This document shows, one piece after another, positions 27,661-39,436 of a stretch of DNA of 64,000 nucleotides. The DNA lies in NCBI GenBank assembly GCA_038087875.1, contig CM075996.1, positions 8,124,001 to 8,188,000 on the forward strand, in the 5' to 3' direction. Under the pieces are notes generated by a model, which worked only from the letters and a program-made list of their open reading frames with translations, had not been told where the DNA came from and made no database searches. Both the position numbers and the translations under genes were made by a program. The stretch's first letter is position 1. Every line of letters starts with the position of its first letter. This stretch comes from Malacoraja senta. Taxonomy: Eukaryota.

Positions 27661-29687
27661 ATGGCATAGCGCGCGCACCCGCACACACACCTGTTCGGGA
27701 GGGAGTTCCAGGATTGTCACCCAGTGATGGTGAAGGAACAACACTATATTTTCATGACACGACGTTGTGCACCTTGGAGGGCAACCAACAGAGGCGATGT
27801 TCCCATACTTTTGCTGCCCATGTCCTCCAAACTGGTAGATGTCATTGGAAGGTGCTGTCAAAGGAGCCTTGGTGAGTGCAATGCACCCTGTAGATGGTAC
27901 AACACACTGCTCCTGTGCATCGGTAGGGTAGTGAGTGAACACTTGTGGATGGAGTGTCTATCAAGCCCCTTGTATGTCCTGTATGGCGTGGAGCTTCTTG
28001 AATGTTGTTGCACTTGTCTGGACAAGTGAAACATTCTATCACACTCCTGACTTGAGTCTTTTAAAGATATCACAGCAAACTACTAAAGACAAAGACGAGC
28101 TTTACATTGTGGACTGGAAATGAGAATCATACCGACTAAAAATTAATCTAATCTGAATTCCTTAAACTCTGCATAACAGGGAGTTTCAAGACATCTGTCA
28201 ATTCTGAACCCACAATCCATTAGACATGCCTCTCAATTTTCTTACAGGTTACAACAACTGATCAAATCCATCTCACCGTACGTTTACATACAACGACAAA
28301 CAACTAGGCTGACCGTAGTGTTTTACAAACAAATGTTTGAAACATATACAATCAACAACCATGCGATGGCCACACGCGTCACGGAAATTCACATTAAGAA
28401 AATTCGTAAATCACTACTCAAAAATTTAAGATAGGGTTCACTCTCAAATAAATCTCAATTTGTATTTCTTGGCATGAGCGCATATGTCACGGCTTCACAT
28501 TATGGAAAATTGTAATTGGCCTCGTTCTAGGAATGCTTTTTACCTCATAATGCGAGTCACCTGTATTTCGTTCACGAGTATGGTATTAGGAAGCATGATA
28601 AATAAACATCACATATTAATGTTCGTATAAATCTGAGATTAAAAAAAGCTTCATATGAAATATGATTGTATAAAGCCTAAGGTTTGAGCTTTACTCTGAG
28701 ACTAAATGAAACAAATTTCGCAGGGAAATTCCCATGGTTGTCACTATGGAAGATGTCAACGACTCCAGGGGACAAGGAGGGGGCGGCGGTGGACTGAACA
28801 AAACGCAGGCCGATAGGAATTAGCCGCAGCTGGTGAGAGGGGTGGGAGCCCCATGGTGACGTAGTGTATCCTGTCGGTGGTAGGGGATTGAAGAAAGCGC
28901 TGTCAGCCTGGGGATACAACGCTGTCCGTGTCAACTGGACAGTGCAGCAACTGGTGAAGACCAGCGGCATCATCACCTAATTTTAAGGTGAAATGACACA
29001 AAGTGCTGGTGTAACTCAGCAGGTCAGGCAGCATCTCTGGAGAACATGGATAGGTGATGTTGCAGGTCGGGACCCTTTTTCAGACCGATTCAGTCCTTGT
29101 TTCTATCTAGCTTCAAGGTGATTCCGACATGTAAAATCAGATTTAGGTACGGGTTTATGGAACGTAACCCTTACACAAGTCGGGGAGTGTCTGTAAATGG
29201 GGAAAAGCAAGGAAAGTCAGCCTTACAAAGAACAGGGAAGATGATCATAAGTTGATGTTAACATGATATTATCAAGAATAAATTATAATTGCTACGAGGG
29301 TCAATGTAAGTTGGATAAGTTGCCACCATAACATGCCAGCAGTACAACAAACTACCTTGCAATTGTTACTGAGTTACTCCAGCACTTAGTGTCCTTTTGT
29401 GTAAACCAGTATCTACAGTTCATTGTTTCTAAATGATAAAGTATTTGGTTTAAAAAGGTGAAAAGAATTGTTTGCAGAATTATAACTATTTCACATTGAA
29501 CCAACTGAAAGGATTCTACTGATTGAACGTACAGTAACCAATTAAGGAGGTACTTTAGCAGGCTCCATTTTTATAACAAAATGTTCCTAATGTCAGAAGA
29601 ATAACAATAAGAGATGTTTAAAATTACTAAAAGAATAAAATTGTTGTTCTAAGGATTTGATCAATTTCAAAGCCAAAAGGGTATATT

Positions 29688-30034
29688 CGGCGAGAGGGCC
29701 TGATACATCGGGCCGCCGTTGCGGCGACTGCGGAGGCCTCAAATAGGCCCCGAGCACGGGGTGAACAAGAGGAAGAGGACTGGACTTTGCTGCCTTCCCT
29801 CACAGTGGGAACCATTGTGGGGGATGTTTTTATGTTTTATGTTAAATTCTTCTTTAATGTTGTGTCTTATTTTTATTGGTGTGCTGCAAATGAGAAATTG
29901 GCTGCCGGAAGTGAGAGTGAACGCTGGCGCGACTAGCTGCCGCTGCTCTCTCTCCGAATTCTGTAATTTGCTTGTTTTAATCTGTAAGGTATCCTTGAGT
30001 ATTCTGAAAGGCGGCCATAAATAAAATGCATTAT
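29688..30034 (+). mobile_element. Short composite retroposon with an L2-type 3' tail
   Basis: GC-rich head; 3' end TGTAAGGTATCCTTGAGTATTCTGAAAGGCGGCCATAAATAAAATGCATTAT; TATATT on both sides (29682-29687, 30035-30040). Confidence 0.55.
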
Positions 30035-30060
30035 TATATTTTGTTAACAAAATAATTTAC

Positions 30061-30155
30061 CGTTCCAGAAAGAATGTCATGTGGGCAGCAGTTCAGGAGA
30101 TGACTCTTGCAGACTCGATCGTCTGTAAATCTGATTCTCTGCCGACTGGCATCTC
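30061..30155 (-). CDS. LUC7L2: LUC7L2 coding exon 2 (GDASRQRIRFTDDRVCKSHLLNCCPHDILSGT; start of zinc finger 1)
   Basis: tacag|GAGATGCC...GGAACG|gtaaat; 95 nt; in frame with exon 1; LUC7 motif VCKSHLLNCCPHD. Confidence 0.96.
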
Positions 30156-31789
30156 CTGTAATACACGGGTCATAGTGCAAAACAAGGTTAGACAGGAAAT
30201 TAGGAATCACAATAAGCAACAAGTTATTCTAGTCTCCCTCTGACAAAGTATGTTTCCAATACCTTGTGCCTTTCCCCAAATTCAATGGCCAATTTAAACT
30301 AAATAATATATACAATGAGTTCATAATATCGCTCATTGATTGTACAATATTCAGTCTGAAGATATTTTCAGTAATATTACCAAACCCACAGCTATTGAAA
30401 CTCCAGTTGCTTTTTTGCCAAACCGGTCCTTAGAACAAAAAATATGATATAGTAATTAAACATTATATTTTGAATATAGAGGTCAAACTCCTTGGCAAAT
30501 TTAACATCCAACGTCCTACCTGATCATTTATTTGACGGCATATCTCCAGGTAGTTAGGAAAATCAAATCAGTTGCTTTTTGCATATCCAGTGACTGCTTG
30601 ATATTAACTTATTCATAACTATAGGACTCTATGAAAGTAAAATAATTTTTATAAAATTGCACTGGAGCAATAGATTTGATTAAAAGTTAAAACAGTTTTA
30701 AAATAGAATGTTACGTTTAAACATATTAACAAATTGGGACTATATCTGAGAACAATGAGCTTCAGAAATTAATTACTGAAGCTGGAAATATAATCACTGC
30801 TATCCCAAGCTATAATAGTGTATTCTATTATAGAAGCTAATGAATCCATTTAAATTTTTGCCAGTACCAAGGCATACACGGAATATTTATTATTGTAGAA
30901 CCACAACATTCCAGAGACTACTACCATCAAATATATTACCATTCCAAAAAGTGGACTTCGTTCTGCATAATGATACCATAGGAACACTATAGCTAGCACC
31001 CGGGTATTGCCAGAGAGCACTATATATATACAGCAGCATTAGTGGGGACTCCTACATCACACCTCAGTTGAAGAATTTTCCCTTCCCATATAGGAAGAGA
31101 ACAATCTTCAACACCTGGTTAGGATTTCATGGGTTTACCGCAAGATCCAATGCAAATGCAGTAGTCTTCTACAGACATTTCTTTTGGAGTCTGGACTTGC
31201 AGGGCAAGGCAGCCATCGGAAACATACTTTTACATCCGAGTACATTTTATTGTCGGCAAGATTTACAAATCACACAGATGATTTCACAGTTGTTTCGGGC
31301 AACTTGCATTTTAAGAGGTCATCTACCAGTCTTTTGTAAAAAGGTTCCAGGCAAGTACCATGTCTTGGAAATAAAACCTGTGGGAAAAGTAACTTTGTGA
31401 TAACTAAAAATCTGGCAACAAATTACACCAACTGCAGGGGAAAGAAGCCCACCAACAAAAGTGCCAGTCTATCTGGACTGTGCATGCTTAGAGAGCAGTG
31501 TGCATAACATTGTACCACAATTTAATTTCAAACTTACTGGAACAGGCAAAGAGGTCCATATCAACAGATTTAGTAAAAGGAAGTCTGAACTCCTTGTCCT
31601 ACCTTCAGAGAAACAAGAGGAAATGGTTCATCCAAATGAAGCTCCTTAAAGATTTAAAGAGGTCGCACTACCACTTGAAGCAACTTAAATGACTGACTGA
31701 ACTCCATTTTAGACTGCAATCATGCCAAAACAACCAAATTAAAATTAGGATTCCAATTTAAGTAAGGGTATTCAGAGGCGATCACTTAC

Positions 31790-31856
31790 AGTATTCTCCA
31801 TACTGACCTGATTCGAACCCACTTTATACACCTGCCCACGCACTTCTTTCATCTAG
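31790..31856 (-). other. LUC7L2: Second candidate poison exon in LUC7L2 intron 1 (tandem acceptors, alternative donors)
   Basis: Long AG-free pyrimidine-rich tract, then gcag|CTAG|ATGAAAG... Donors CAG|gtcagt (exon end 31808) and ACT|gtaagt (exon end 31790). An in-frame stop follows either acceptor. Confidence 0.45.
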
Positions 31857-33609
31857 CTGCATTGGAGCCATTACATATGAGAGCGATAACGGACAGGAGA
31901 AAAACACATTGAAATCACATAAAACTAAAAAAAAATTTAAAAAAAGATGAAAACACCACTGAGAAGACGAGTTATAAATACATTATAAATCACCATCCAG
32001 TATTTTATAACCTCAATTATGTCACAGAAGTGCAGTGCGTTCACTTGTCTAGACTACTCCAAGCAGTTAACTTGTTAATTCTAAACCCACGTGTGGCAAA
32101 ATTTAGAATGCTGTTACAAAAAAAAAGCACATGGGAAATAACATAAGCTCCATTAAGATCACACGCCAAACAATATGCAAATCTTCACAAATATAGTTTT
32201 GGTAGTTGCATCACCCTACCCTACAGATCCTGTGTTGCAGTGGTCCAAACATAGACCGCATGCCAGGTGAACTCCTGTGAGAGTAAAGCATTGTTTAATG
32301 GATATAAACTGCTCAGAGTAGAAAAACATGAGTTAAAGATATCTTTTAAAAAAATTACACATTAATAAACCAGAAACTGCACGGTTGACTTTGTCTCAAC
32401 TACATGACCATCATTAATTCCCCATTCCACTTTCCATAATTCTATACATAGTTCTTTTCCAAGACATGATACCTTATGGAATTCTCAGTCCAGTAAAAAA
32501 AAAGCCATTTGAAATCAACTGCAAAGAATCCTTTTTTTTTTTTTGAACAAATGAATTAAAAAAATTAATTGGAAAGCTTGCCAAATGAGAATACACACTG
32601 CGAGGACACCAGCCTCCATCTCTTTCACTATTAGTGACACAGCTGCAGTGTTTTACACCCTGCATGTTGGGAAGTTAAAAAAGGGGAAAGTGTTCAGTGT
32701 TACACACCTGTAAGACAGGACTTGCACTAATCACACACCAAGTAATAATGAAACAAAATTACCTATTTTTTTGCTTTTAAACAACATATTCAAAATAGTA
32801 ACAGTAAACACAGTTGATTTTACAGTTTACTTCTCTGAAGGCCATTCCAAATTAAAATGTAGGTTTTTTTGGTTGCACTGCACAACTGTGAGAAAGATTA
32901 TTTCTCATACACTGGAGACAACTCAAGGCTATTAATAAAATTACACTTTTATCTCACACGTGTTCTAATCAGACCAGTTTCTATTAAACTTTTCTAATTT
33001 GAAATTCCAAAAGCTTAAAGGAAAATGCAAAATGAGGTGGATATTACCCTTTTCCTAAAGAGGGATTAAATTAGGATAAGAAAATTCAATGTGAAGGAAC
33101 ACAGTGTGGAGGGCTTGAAAACCAACAGGATGCACATTAACCACTGGTGGCTTCTGGTTAAATGTTTGATTCAGTCCTAGTTCTGATAAGATCTCACATA
33201 GAATGCCATACCCAATAGTTTGATACTTTTTCTCAACAAGTCTTGACATTAATATTTGTTAAAAAAAAATTTTGAATTCCAAGATATGAACCACCTTCAG
33301 TTTAATTGATAGATCATTTGGTATAATTTTGAATGGACAATTCCAATTTCTGGAAAGATTAGGCAGAAATGATTGGTATAGCAATCAGATTTAAACCATG
33401 AGCTTATCCATTTTCCAATAAGTATATTTTATACCAATTATTTGGCAAACAAGTGCCAGATACACTAAATTCTAATCTGTAGATCAGAAATGTATTAAAT
33501 ATGAACAAACTAACTAAAAGGCCATTAAAAAAAGAGCTGGCAATAAGAAACTGAAACAAGAAAGTGTAGACATTTTTGCAGAAAACACAAACATTGGACC
33601 ATATTTGAT

Positions 33610-34615
33610 AAGACACAAAATGCTGGAGTAACTCTGCGGGACAGGCAGCATCTCTGTAGAGAAGTAATGGGTGACTTTTCGGGTCAAGACTCTTCTTCAG
33701 ACAGTCAGGGGATGGGAGACAGAGGACTGAAGACTGCAACGTCCAGGTTCAGAAACAGCTACTTCCCCACAGCCATCAGGCTATTAAACTCAACTCAAAC
33801 AAAACTCTGAACATTAATAGCCCATTATTGAATGCTGTTTATCTGTTTATTTGCACTTTATCTGTTTTATTTTTATTCATGTGTGTATATATTTATATAA
33901 TGGTATATGGACACACTGATCTGTTCTGTATTCATGCCTTCTATATTCTGTTGTGCTGAAGCAACGCAAGAATTTCATTGTCCTATCTGGGACACATAAC
34001 AATAAACTCTCTTGAATCTTGAGATATGGAAGAGCAAGGTGTGAAAACAAGAGATCAGCTGAGTGATCGTTTAGCTGAACACCACCGCTCAGTCCGCCAG
34101 GCCTATGTGATTTCACGGCTGCTAAACACTCCCCCTCCCATTCTGACCTTTCTGTCCTCCTCCATTGTCAGAGTGAGGCCACACGCAAATTGGAGGAACT
34201 GCACCTCATATTTTGCGTGGGCAGCTTACAACTAAGCGCTATGAATATTGACTTCTCTAACTTCAAGCAACCCTTGCTTTCCCTCTCTATCCCTCCCCCA
34301 TCCTAGTTCTCGGACTAGTTTCACTGTCCCCCCGATTAAATGTTATTGATTGTATGCCTTGTTGTCACCTGCCCCAACGCGAACAATGTTCCATTCTACA
34401 TTTTCCTTGTGCTTCATCCCCTTTGATTGCCTGTTTTCGCACCTTACCCTTCCATATCTCTATGCCTCCCTCTCCCCTGACTCTCAGTCTGAAGAAGGCT
34501 CTCGACCCAAAAATGTCACCTATTCCTTCTCTCTAGATGCTGCCTGTCCCACTGAGGTACTCCAGCATTTTGCGTCTATCTTCGGTGTTAACCAGCATCT
34601 GCAGTTATCTCTGTT
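33610..34615. mobile_element. Cluster: minus PLE tail (33610-33735), plus Rex1-type 3' end (33735-34022), plus PLE GIY-YIG/pLTR fragment (~34050-34615)
   Basis: DRLAEHHRSVRQ and RKLEELHLIF-like remnants; pLTR with CTGAAGAAGG motif; Rex1-like tail AATAAACTCTCTTGAATCTTG. Confidence 0.75.
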
Positions 34616-34729
34616 TCCTAAAAAGTTAATCTCCACAGCTGATGCAGCTCATTTCCAAGCAATTACATGCTTAGCTTCATTTAAATCCAGGATTTAAGGT
34701 GCATTTTAATATTATAATTCTTAAACAGA

Positions 34730-34778
34730 AAATAAATAATGATGGGTCTTTGTCCCAAGCATTATGGTGGGCACTGTA
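34730..34778. mobile_element. Solo terminal-repeat fragment of the Tc1 family seen at 43679-45292
   Basis: AATAAATAATGATGGGTCTTTGTCCCAAGCATTATGGTGGGCACTG|TA closely matches 45246-45294. Confidence 0.8.
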
Positions 34779-34954
34779 GATTAGGCACAGTAATGATGTA
34801 GTGCCATTTCTTTTCTATAGCTTGGCCTTCTTGTCCTGGTTATCTAAACTGCCTTTTGACTAATCAAGACTACAAAATTCACTACAATTCAGAACTATAA
34901 ACCTCAGCTATCTTAACAATATTTTAATCATCAAACTTTGCAAGTTAAACTATG

Positions 34955-36980
34955 ACAGAAAAAGCAGCCTACCAGAGGACTGGGAGAAATTCAGAGTCCA
35001 GCAGAGGAGGACAAAGGGCTTGATTAGGAAAGGGAAAATAGATTATGAAAAAAAACTGGCAGGGAACATAAAAACTGACTGCAAAAGTTTTTATAGATAT
35101 GTGAAGAGAAAAAGATTAGTTAAAACAAATGTAGGTCCCTTGCAGTCAGAAACGGGTGAATTGATCATGGGGAACAAGGATATGGCAGACCAATTGAATA
35201 ACTACTTTGGTTCTGTCATCACTAAGGAAGACATAAATAATCTGCCGGAAATAGCAGGGGACTGGGGGTCAAATGAGATGGAGGAACTGAGTGAAATCCC
35301 GGTTAGCCGGGAAGTGGTGTTAGGTAAATTGAATGGATTAAAGGCCGATAAATCCCCAGGGCCAGACAGGCTGCATCCCAGAGTACTTAAGGAAGTAGCC
35401 CCAGAAATAGTGGATGCATTAGTGATAATTTTTCAGAACTCTTTAGATTCTGGAGTAGTTCCTGAGGATTGGAGGGTAGCTAATATAACCCCACTTTTTA
35501 AAAAGGGAGGGAGAGAGAAAACGGGGAATTACAGACCAGTTAGTCTAACATCGGTAGTGGGGAAAATGCTAAAGTCAGTTATTAAAGATGGGATAGCAAC
35601 ACATTTGGAAAGTGGTGAAACCATTGGATAAAGTCAGCATGGATTTATGAAAGGTAAATCGTGTCTGACGAATCTTATAGAATTTTTCGAGGATGTAACT
35701 AGTAGAGTGGATAAGGGAAAACCAGTGGATGTGTTATATCTGGACTTTCAGAAGGCTTTCGACAAGGTCCCACATAAGAGATTAGTATGCAAACTTAAAG
35801 CACACGGTATTGGGGGTTCAGTATTGATGTGGATAGAGAACTGGCTGGCAGACAGGCAGCAAAGAGTAGGAGTAAACGGTTCCTTTTCAGAATGGCAGGC
35901 AGTGACTAGTGGGGTACCGCAAGGCTCAGTGATGGGACCCCAGCTATTTACAATATATATTAATGATCTGGAGGAGGGAATTGAATGCAACATCGTCAAG
36001 TTTGCGGATGACACGAAACTGGGGGGCAGTGTTAGCTGTGAGGATGCTAGGAGGCTGCAAGGTGACTTGGATAGGTTGGGTGAGTGGGCAAATGCATGGC
36101 AGATGCAGTATAATGTGGATAATGTGAGGTTATCCACTTTGGTGGCAAAAACAGGAAAGTAGACTATTATCTGAATGGTGGCCGATTAGGAAAAGGGGAG
36201 ATGCAACGAGATCGGGGTGTCATGGTACACCAGTCATTGAAAGTAGGCATGCAGGTGCAGCAGGCAGTGAAGAAAGCGAATGGTATGTTAGCATTCATAG
36301 CAAAAGGATTTGAGTATAAGAGCAGGGAGGTTCTACTGCAGTTGTACAGGGTCTTGGTGAGGCCACACCTGGAGTATTGCGTACAGTTTTGGTCACCAAA
36401 TCTGAGGAAAGACATTCTTGCCATAGAAGGAGTACAGAGAAGGTTCACCAGACTGATTCCTGGGATGGCAAGACTTTCATATGAAGAAAGACTGGATAGA
36501 CTCAGCTTGTACTCGCTAGAATTTAGAAGATTGAGAGGGGATCTTATAGAAACTTACAAGATTCTTAAGGGGTTGGACAGGCTAGATGCAGGAAGATTGT
36601 TCCCGATGTTGGGGAAGTCCAGAACAAGGGGTCACAGTTTAAGGATAAGGGGGAAGACTTTTAGGTCCGAGATGAGAAAATCATTTTTCACACAGAGAGT
36701 GGTGAATCTGTGGAATTCTCTGCCACAGAAGGTAGTTGAGGCCAGTTCATTGGCTATATTTAAGAGGGAGTTAGATGTGGCCCTTGCGGCTAAAGGGATC
36801 AGGGGGTATGGAGAGAAGGCAGGTACAGGATACCGAGTTGGATGATCAGCCATGATCATATTGAAACCTCCAGTTTAAATTCCATTTGGAATATTTTGGA
36901 GGACCAAGAAACCAAGAATGGCCGTGCAGGCTCGAAGGGCCAAATGGCCTACTCCTGCACCTATTTTCTGTGTTTCTGTG
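34955..36980 (+). mobile_element. 5'-truncated CR1-clade LINE (RT with one stop and one frameshift)
   Basis: ORFs 35020..35631, 35647..36162 and 36201..36845 give [33 protein letters not shown]1 3' UTR with a ~50-bp insert at ~36866-36915. Confidence 0.95.
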
Positions 36981-39365
36981 ACATCAAATAAGCAAGTTGC
37001 ACAACACTTAGAAATCTAACTCAATCTAAATTCAACTTGAGACAAATTAGGAAGCAATTTCAAAGTGAATGTACAAAAATAATTATATTTCTAGTTTTAG
37101 ACAGCAATGCATTTAGTCCAGAAATGCATTTGAGAAAACTGCACTGAAACTAACTCACACATTTCATATCACCTTTCAACTAGGATGTGTACATCCAAGC
37201 AGTTCATGCAACGAGCATTGTACAGAATCTATGGACGAAACAGGGACAATTAAACTTCTAGTTGTGTTAAATCAACAAATGTACCCAATATCTTACAATA
37301 CAAATTATACCAATGGAGCATATTGTCAAGTCTTGTTTGATATGTATGCACCAAACTATTGTATATAACAATTCTATGCTCTTTTCCTTCAATTAAATTT
37401 TGGTGTATAATGTCCTTTGGCCAATAAATGATCTTGGGGTCGATGACATTGAGATCATTAGTTGCAGAAAGAAATCTATTACTAAGTACTACATTGAAGC
37501 AATTAAGGCCACTTGATTTAAAACTGGAGCTATTTTTTATGTTTTTTTTTTTAAATGCAGCATTATATCTAGTTCTGATAAGAGAAAAAAAGCAGTCAAA
37601 TTGTAGATTTAAACAAATTATAGAAAAGCTCATACACCACGGTAAACATGCCATTAAACTCCCAACCTAATCAAAGGAATATTCTCGAGTAATTGTTAAT
37701 TTTCAAGATTTTAGTGTTAGCCTAGATGCAACGGATAAACAATTTAAAAACACACAGTTGAAAGACTGCTTTCAACATGGACAGAATATTTTCAGATACA
37801 AGATATGTTTCTTGAAAAAAACTGATGAACTGCTCCCCTCCCCAACTTGCGTTCCACTCAGAGATTGCCCAGTTCACATTCCTCACATGGAGTCCTCGAA
37901 AAGGTCAGCTCCTCCAGAGATTAGTAGGAGAGAGCAGCAACACAAAAGATCTGAATGCTTTCTGCTCCACAGCATGAAAAATGATGGTCGGGGGATGATA
38001 GATATTTTTAGCTGTATTAACAAATGTTTTCCTTCTCCTGGCAGAAATAACTAGGAACAATATAGTGAGAAACCACTGGCGGAAATACAAACTTTGATGA
38101 ACCATAATGCTGTATTTCTAACTACTTTCATTACTCAAACTGGTTCAACTAATATTATGAAGAAGTTCTTTTTTTTTTTTTTTTTAAATGATTTGTATTC
38201 ACAATACACATTTATAAAAATGAACAACAATTCCACAGAAGATTCAAGTCGATTAGATGCTGCAAAAACAATACCTGCTGCACTAGGACAATGAGAAAGA
38301 ATATCAAGTTTTATGGGAGGGCTGTTCCAAATTTTAATTCTGTAACACAGATCAAATATTTCTTTGCACTTTATTATGCCTGTAGCTCTGCCCACTCGCA
38401 ATTTCCAAAAATAATATAGGAATAAATTAGATCATAGGTCCGTTGTACATGACTCTTCCCACATTCTAGGAACAAATATTTGGAAGCGTAGAACTAAAAC
38501 AGGATTAAATGGGAAGCAAAATATTTTGTCTTCCTTCCATCTGAAAGTAAGACACATAGTGGAAAGGACAAATAAGATGAGCAGAGCCGATTTGAGTGTA
38601 AATCTTTCTCTGTTCCAAACAGTTCCTCTCACTGTGAGGAAGAGTCTCAGGGTGTTCCCAAAAATGAAAAATGTTTCATTTCATGATTGTGTATCTAACA
38701 AAGTATGGATATGATATGGCAAAATTATTTAGATGCACACTATCCGGTTTTATTCATTAATTGAAGAAGTTTGACTATTGGTGACAATTCAGTCTGTAAA
38801 TTCAGGCTTTTGCCAGAACCACCTGTCTGTCACCTTGGATGTTCACCGTCAGGTGCAATTTGGTTCTCTGCAGAGTGCAACCTAGAGTTGAAAAGATCAT
38901 TCTTTTCTGAAGCAATAATTGAAACTTTACTGCTGTTTTTTGTAGTTAGATGGGGTTTTTGTACACTATAAAGTCAATTTGGCTCCTCCTTTGTCCTGGA
39001 GAAAAAAAAACTTCAGTAAGTGGCAAACCCAAATAGCAAATCTGTGTTAAAACAATAAAAATATACGACAAATCTTGAATTGCTCCAGTACTCATCTTGT
39101 GATAAGTGAACAATGCAACTAAAATCACACCAGGTATCCAATTTAAATCTAGTGGTCTCAAATTGTTGCTTGCAGATTAGTAATAGTGTTCCCCTAAAAA
39201 GTAAACCTACATATCAAATTGGTCTGGCCAGAGTTGATACTGCATTGCAGACTACTCATTTTCCACTGTTGTGTACACCGTATCTTTGTATATTGTCGCT
39301 ATTAAAATTGACCGTTTCCATGTCCACATTTATTAACACAGCTGGAAAAATTAGTCATGACTCAC

Positions 39366-39436
39366 GGCTCGATGAACGTGGGGCGTTTCTGTAACTCCCT
39401 TGCAGACTGAAGTAGGCAGGCAAAGATACACTGAAC
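39366..39436 (-). other. LUC7L2: Candidate 71-nt alternative (poison/NMD) exon in LUC7L2 intron 1
   Basis: ttttatttataaag|GTTCAGTG...CATCGAGCC|gtgagt. 71 nt is not a multiple of 3, so inclusion creates a TGA inside exon 2. The frame continuous with exon 2 reads LPAYFSLQGSYRNAPRSSSR. Confidence 0.75.

Noticed and set aside
29120..29195. Tigger-like terminal sequence …AAGTCGGGGAGTGTCTG|TA
   Set aside because: No matching left end could be found with confidence, so element boundaries cannot be supported.
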